Positions 60,986 to 64,000 of a DNA stretch of 64,000 nucleotides are shown piece after piece. Origin of the DNA: Blasia pusilla (taxonomy: Eukaryota); assembly GCA_050084515.1 (NCBI GenBank), contig CM114271.1:37944001-38008000 (forward strand). Reading direction: 5' to 3'. The translations under genes were made by a program, and so were the position numbers. The notes under the pieces were generated by a model that was given only the letters and a program-made list of their open reading frames with translations, ran no database searches and had not been told where the DNA came from. Every line of letters begins with the position of its first letter. Position 1 is the stretch's first letter.

Positions 60986-63900
60986 TCAAATTATATTTAC
61001 CTTCCATAGACAAGATAGGGACGAACCCTTCTTTGTTCCTTTCAAGAGTGGAGGTAGAGATGGGGCAAAGAGTGAGAAAGGGAATTAAGGTTGGTGGAGG
61101 AACCCTCCGTTCCCTTCACAAAGGACAAGAAAATAGAGAAAGGCATCAAAATTTTGGAGGCAATCTTTCCTTCTCTCCAAAGGTACCAAGATGGATGAGC
61201 CTTTCTTTGGAAGACGAGAGAGGATAGCTCTTCCCATAGGATTTGGTGAAGATGTAAAGTGAGTGCAATGATGCAGATAAGCTCTACAAAGGTGAAAGGC
61301 GCTCTTGCCGTGTGGGAAGCAACAAATTTTAGACGGTGACCATGAAATTCTCTGCAAATATGTGACACTTGAAAGGTTGAGTGGTGCTCCATCTAGATTC
61401 ATGAGTGGAGTGGACGGAAAATACCAGTGAGTACATGGACCATAGTAACGGAAATTGCGGCTAGCCGTTTGCGACCTGTAAGATCTATGCGTCCAACGGA
61501 AATTGCCCTAAGGTCTGCGGCCTTCCCATTTTAGTGGCTCTAGACACATGCGCTTTCTGAAGCAGGCCTTTCTGAGACATGTGACAGGGATGGCCGAAAA
61601 AGATGTGTTTTTAAGTCAAATAGATCATTTCCTTATTTACAAATACTAATACCACGAAAATCTTTTCATAACATATTTCCGTAGGATTAGACACATGCAA
61701 CTTTGGTGTGTGCAACCACAAGAATTCGGCCATGGTGCTTTCATTGGTGTGTCAAATGTCATTTCGTCACACATTTCAGACCTAGTCTCATCGTTCTTCG
61801 GGTTGACCGACTCTTGCAGACAAATGGTCCATTTCTCCTGCTTTCTGTAAGTCGCGAAGGTAATTCCACCATCGCTGACCTACTGTCGCAGAGCTCGAGA
61901 CCTACTGTCGCAGAGCAACTATATTCTCTACATCAGGACTATTTTACATCAGAGCGTGTCAAGGAGCAAATTTGAGCCGGTGCGGTAGAGTCAACTAAGG
62001 TATAGTAACTCGCTTGTTTGCAATGAGAAAAGTTCCTCTGCTGCTGCTGGTGACTGTATTAGCAGTTTCATTGCCCGCCCGCGACCTTCATTCCCAGATT
62101 CCTCTCCAGCGCCCGCCAGAGCCCATCACAGAGCCTACTGCTAGTAAGTTACTCACCCGGTTGTTCCAGATCCAGCAGATTTGAAGGCGTATCCCAAAGA
62201 GAGGGAACTGAGCTAATACTGAAACGCTAACACATGCACGATGAGGAAGGAAGACAAAAAGAAAAACAGAGGTGAAGCAGCTCTCCGGCACAACGCTAAC
62301 CCTCGCTACTAGCAAACTCTCAGTTCATTTCCTATCCAATACGAAGTTTCCTTTCCTTTCCTTTCCTTTCCTTTTCTCAGTTCATTTCCTCTCCTGTCAT
62401 TATGTGGTTTACCGAGCCGTTTTAATTAGAGGTTTTCGACTTTCATTTTTTAGGACTGATGACCTAGCTTCTCGATCACACAGTCCAACTTACCACTAAT
62501 CCCCTTGGTTTCCTGCCTTTGTTTTCCTTGCTGAGGGCTATTCATGTAGCGTTGCAATAGTAGATAATCATCTTCGTGTGACCTCATTAAATATAGTGAG
62601 TTTGTGACGATGGTTTGACCTCATAAGATCTAGAGATCTCTTCACTTAGACGGTCCTGAATCAAATAACAAAAGCGTCAATCGCGGCCGATTTCTGTGTC
62701 GCTCTATTGCAGTGCTATGAATCACTCCAACCTTCGTTCTCAAACCAACCTACACCAGGGTTTACGGAACAGAATGTGAGAGCACAGTGGAGGATGAGTA
62801 GAACATTCCCTCTCAGGATACACCATGGAGCGCAACGACATTAAATCCGAAGGCTCCGATCCGCGAGAGAGAAGTAGAAGAAGAAAGACCGGCCCATGTA
62901 AAGCTAGAGCTTCGTAGTATACGCAAGCCAGTCAGGAGACTCTGGGTTGACTATGTGTATTGACAGGGTCGCAAGATTTGGAAGGATGCTATGGGGATTT
63001 CCTTGTGTGCCCTAGAAAAACAGTCAGAAGAATGTGTTCCACGGAGAGAAAAAGTACTGAACATGTGATCACGTTGGAAACTGAAGTGAACACACGAAAG
63101 GGAGATGGAGGAATCTCAGGACCCTGTTACATCATGATCCATGGATAACCTGCAGATAAATGACGCAACGCAGCAATGATAGGATGATTGTTCAGCACCA
63201 AGTCACAAACATCTATCAACACCACGTGCTTAAACAAAACCGTTGGGGTGAGCTAAACTTTCTGTCACGAGACGGCTTTTCTACAGAATTTGGATATAAT
63301 TCAATCGTTAGTGGTATGAGAGAATAAGTAGTTCAAGGAAGGGCTCTACCTTTGTCTCTACCTCCTGCACAAGCAACAGACTACTTGACTCATGATCAAA
63401 GCGAAGTGATTTACCATCCTCTAAATGTAATCTGATACATGACTTAAACACTACATACTCAATTTGTGAAGCATTCTCGCTAGCGATTATACCAAACAGC
63501 TTTAATTTCGAATGCGTTTGAAAACATTTATGTACATTTACATAGAAGTTTTTCTGCCTGTTTAAATGCGCCAATTGCGAGCTCGCTAGGATGTTGATGT
63601 CCGTCAGCTAGAATACAGACTATCACAAAAACTCACTTCTGTAGTCAGGAATAACAAACCTTTATCATTGTACGGTAGCCACAATCGCTGCTCTGTAGCG
63701 AAAAGTATCGTCTAGGCTCTGGCTGCAGGCGACGAAGAGACGCATAGCTTATCTTCTAAGTACAGTCGCATCTTCCTTCCTACCTCTACCCGGACACTTG
63801 AAGAAAGAAAAGTAAAAGTACACGCCAGCCATCTGTAGCTGTGTCGGCCTTCATGGAAGCCCTCTCTGATTTTGAAGGTTCAGGCCTCTCGAGCTCGACC

Positions 63901-64000
63901 CGAATCATCTCTGTACTGAGCCCTTCCGAGCATATCGAATACACTTCTTCTATTCTTGAAGACAGAGATGATGACAACGGCTAGGTTTGGTCGATCATGA

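Noticed and set aside
61700-64000. Possible host gene or spliced transcript at the window end
   Set aside because: Genic-looking composition and some splice-like signals, but no recognisable protein motif or consistent exon chain.

Overview
Repeat-rich plant nuclear DNA, probably from a non-seed land plant (inferred, not provable from the sequence). The only intact host gene I can support is a two-exon PR-10/Bet v 1-family gene (35222-36168); nearly everything else is nested transposons. These are a minus-strand tRNA-Met-primed LTR element interrupted by a full-length Athila-like Ty3/gypsy element lacking RNase H (3900-12982), two solo LTRs, a CRE-like RLE non-LTR element (30372-34224), a hAT transposase relic, hAT-type MITEs and ~180-bp tandem repeats. 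The standout is a 9.1-kb gypsy-like gag-pol element (17024-26132). It has a DNMT3-like C5 cytosine methyltransferase in frame upstream of RT and a PHD finger at the integrase C-terminus. It has TGTC...GACA ends and a 4-bp TSD but no LTRs. Two relatives in the window end in a B1-A2-B2 split-direct-repeat arrangement, and there is a solo A-B unit. All assignments are by eye from motifs; no database searches were run.
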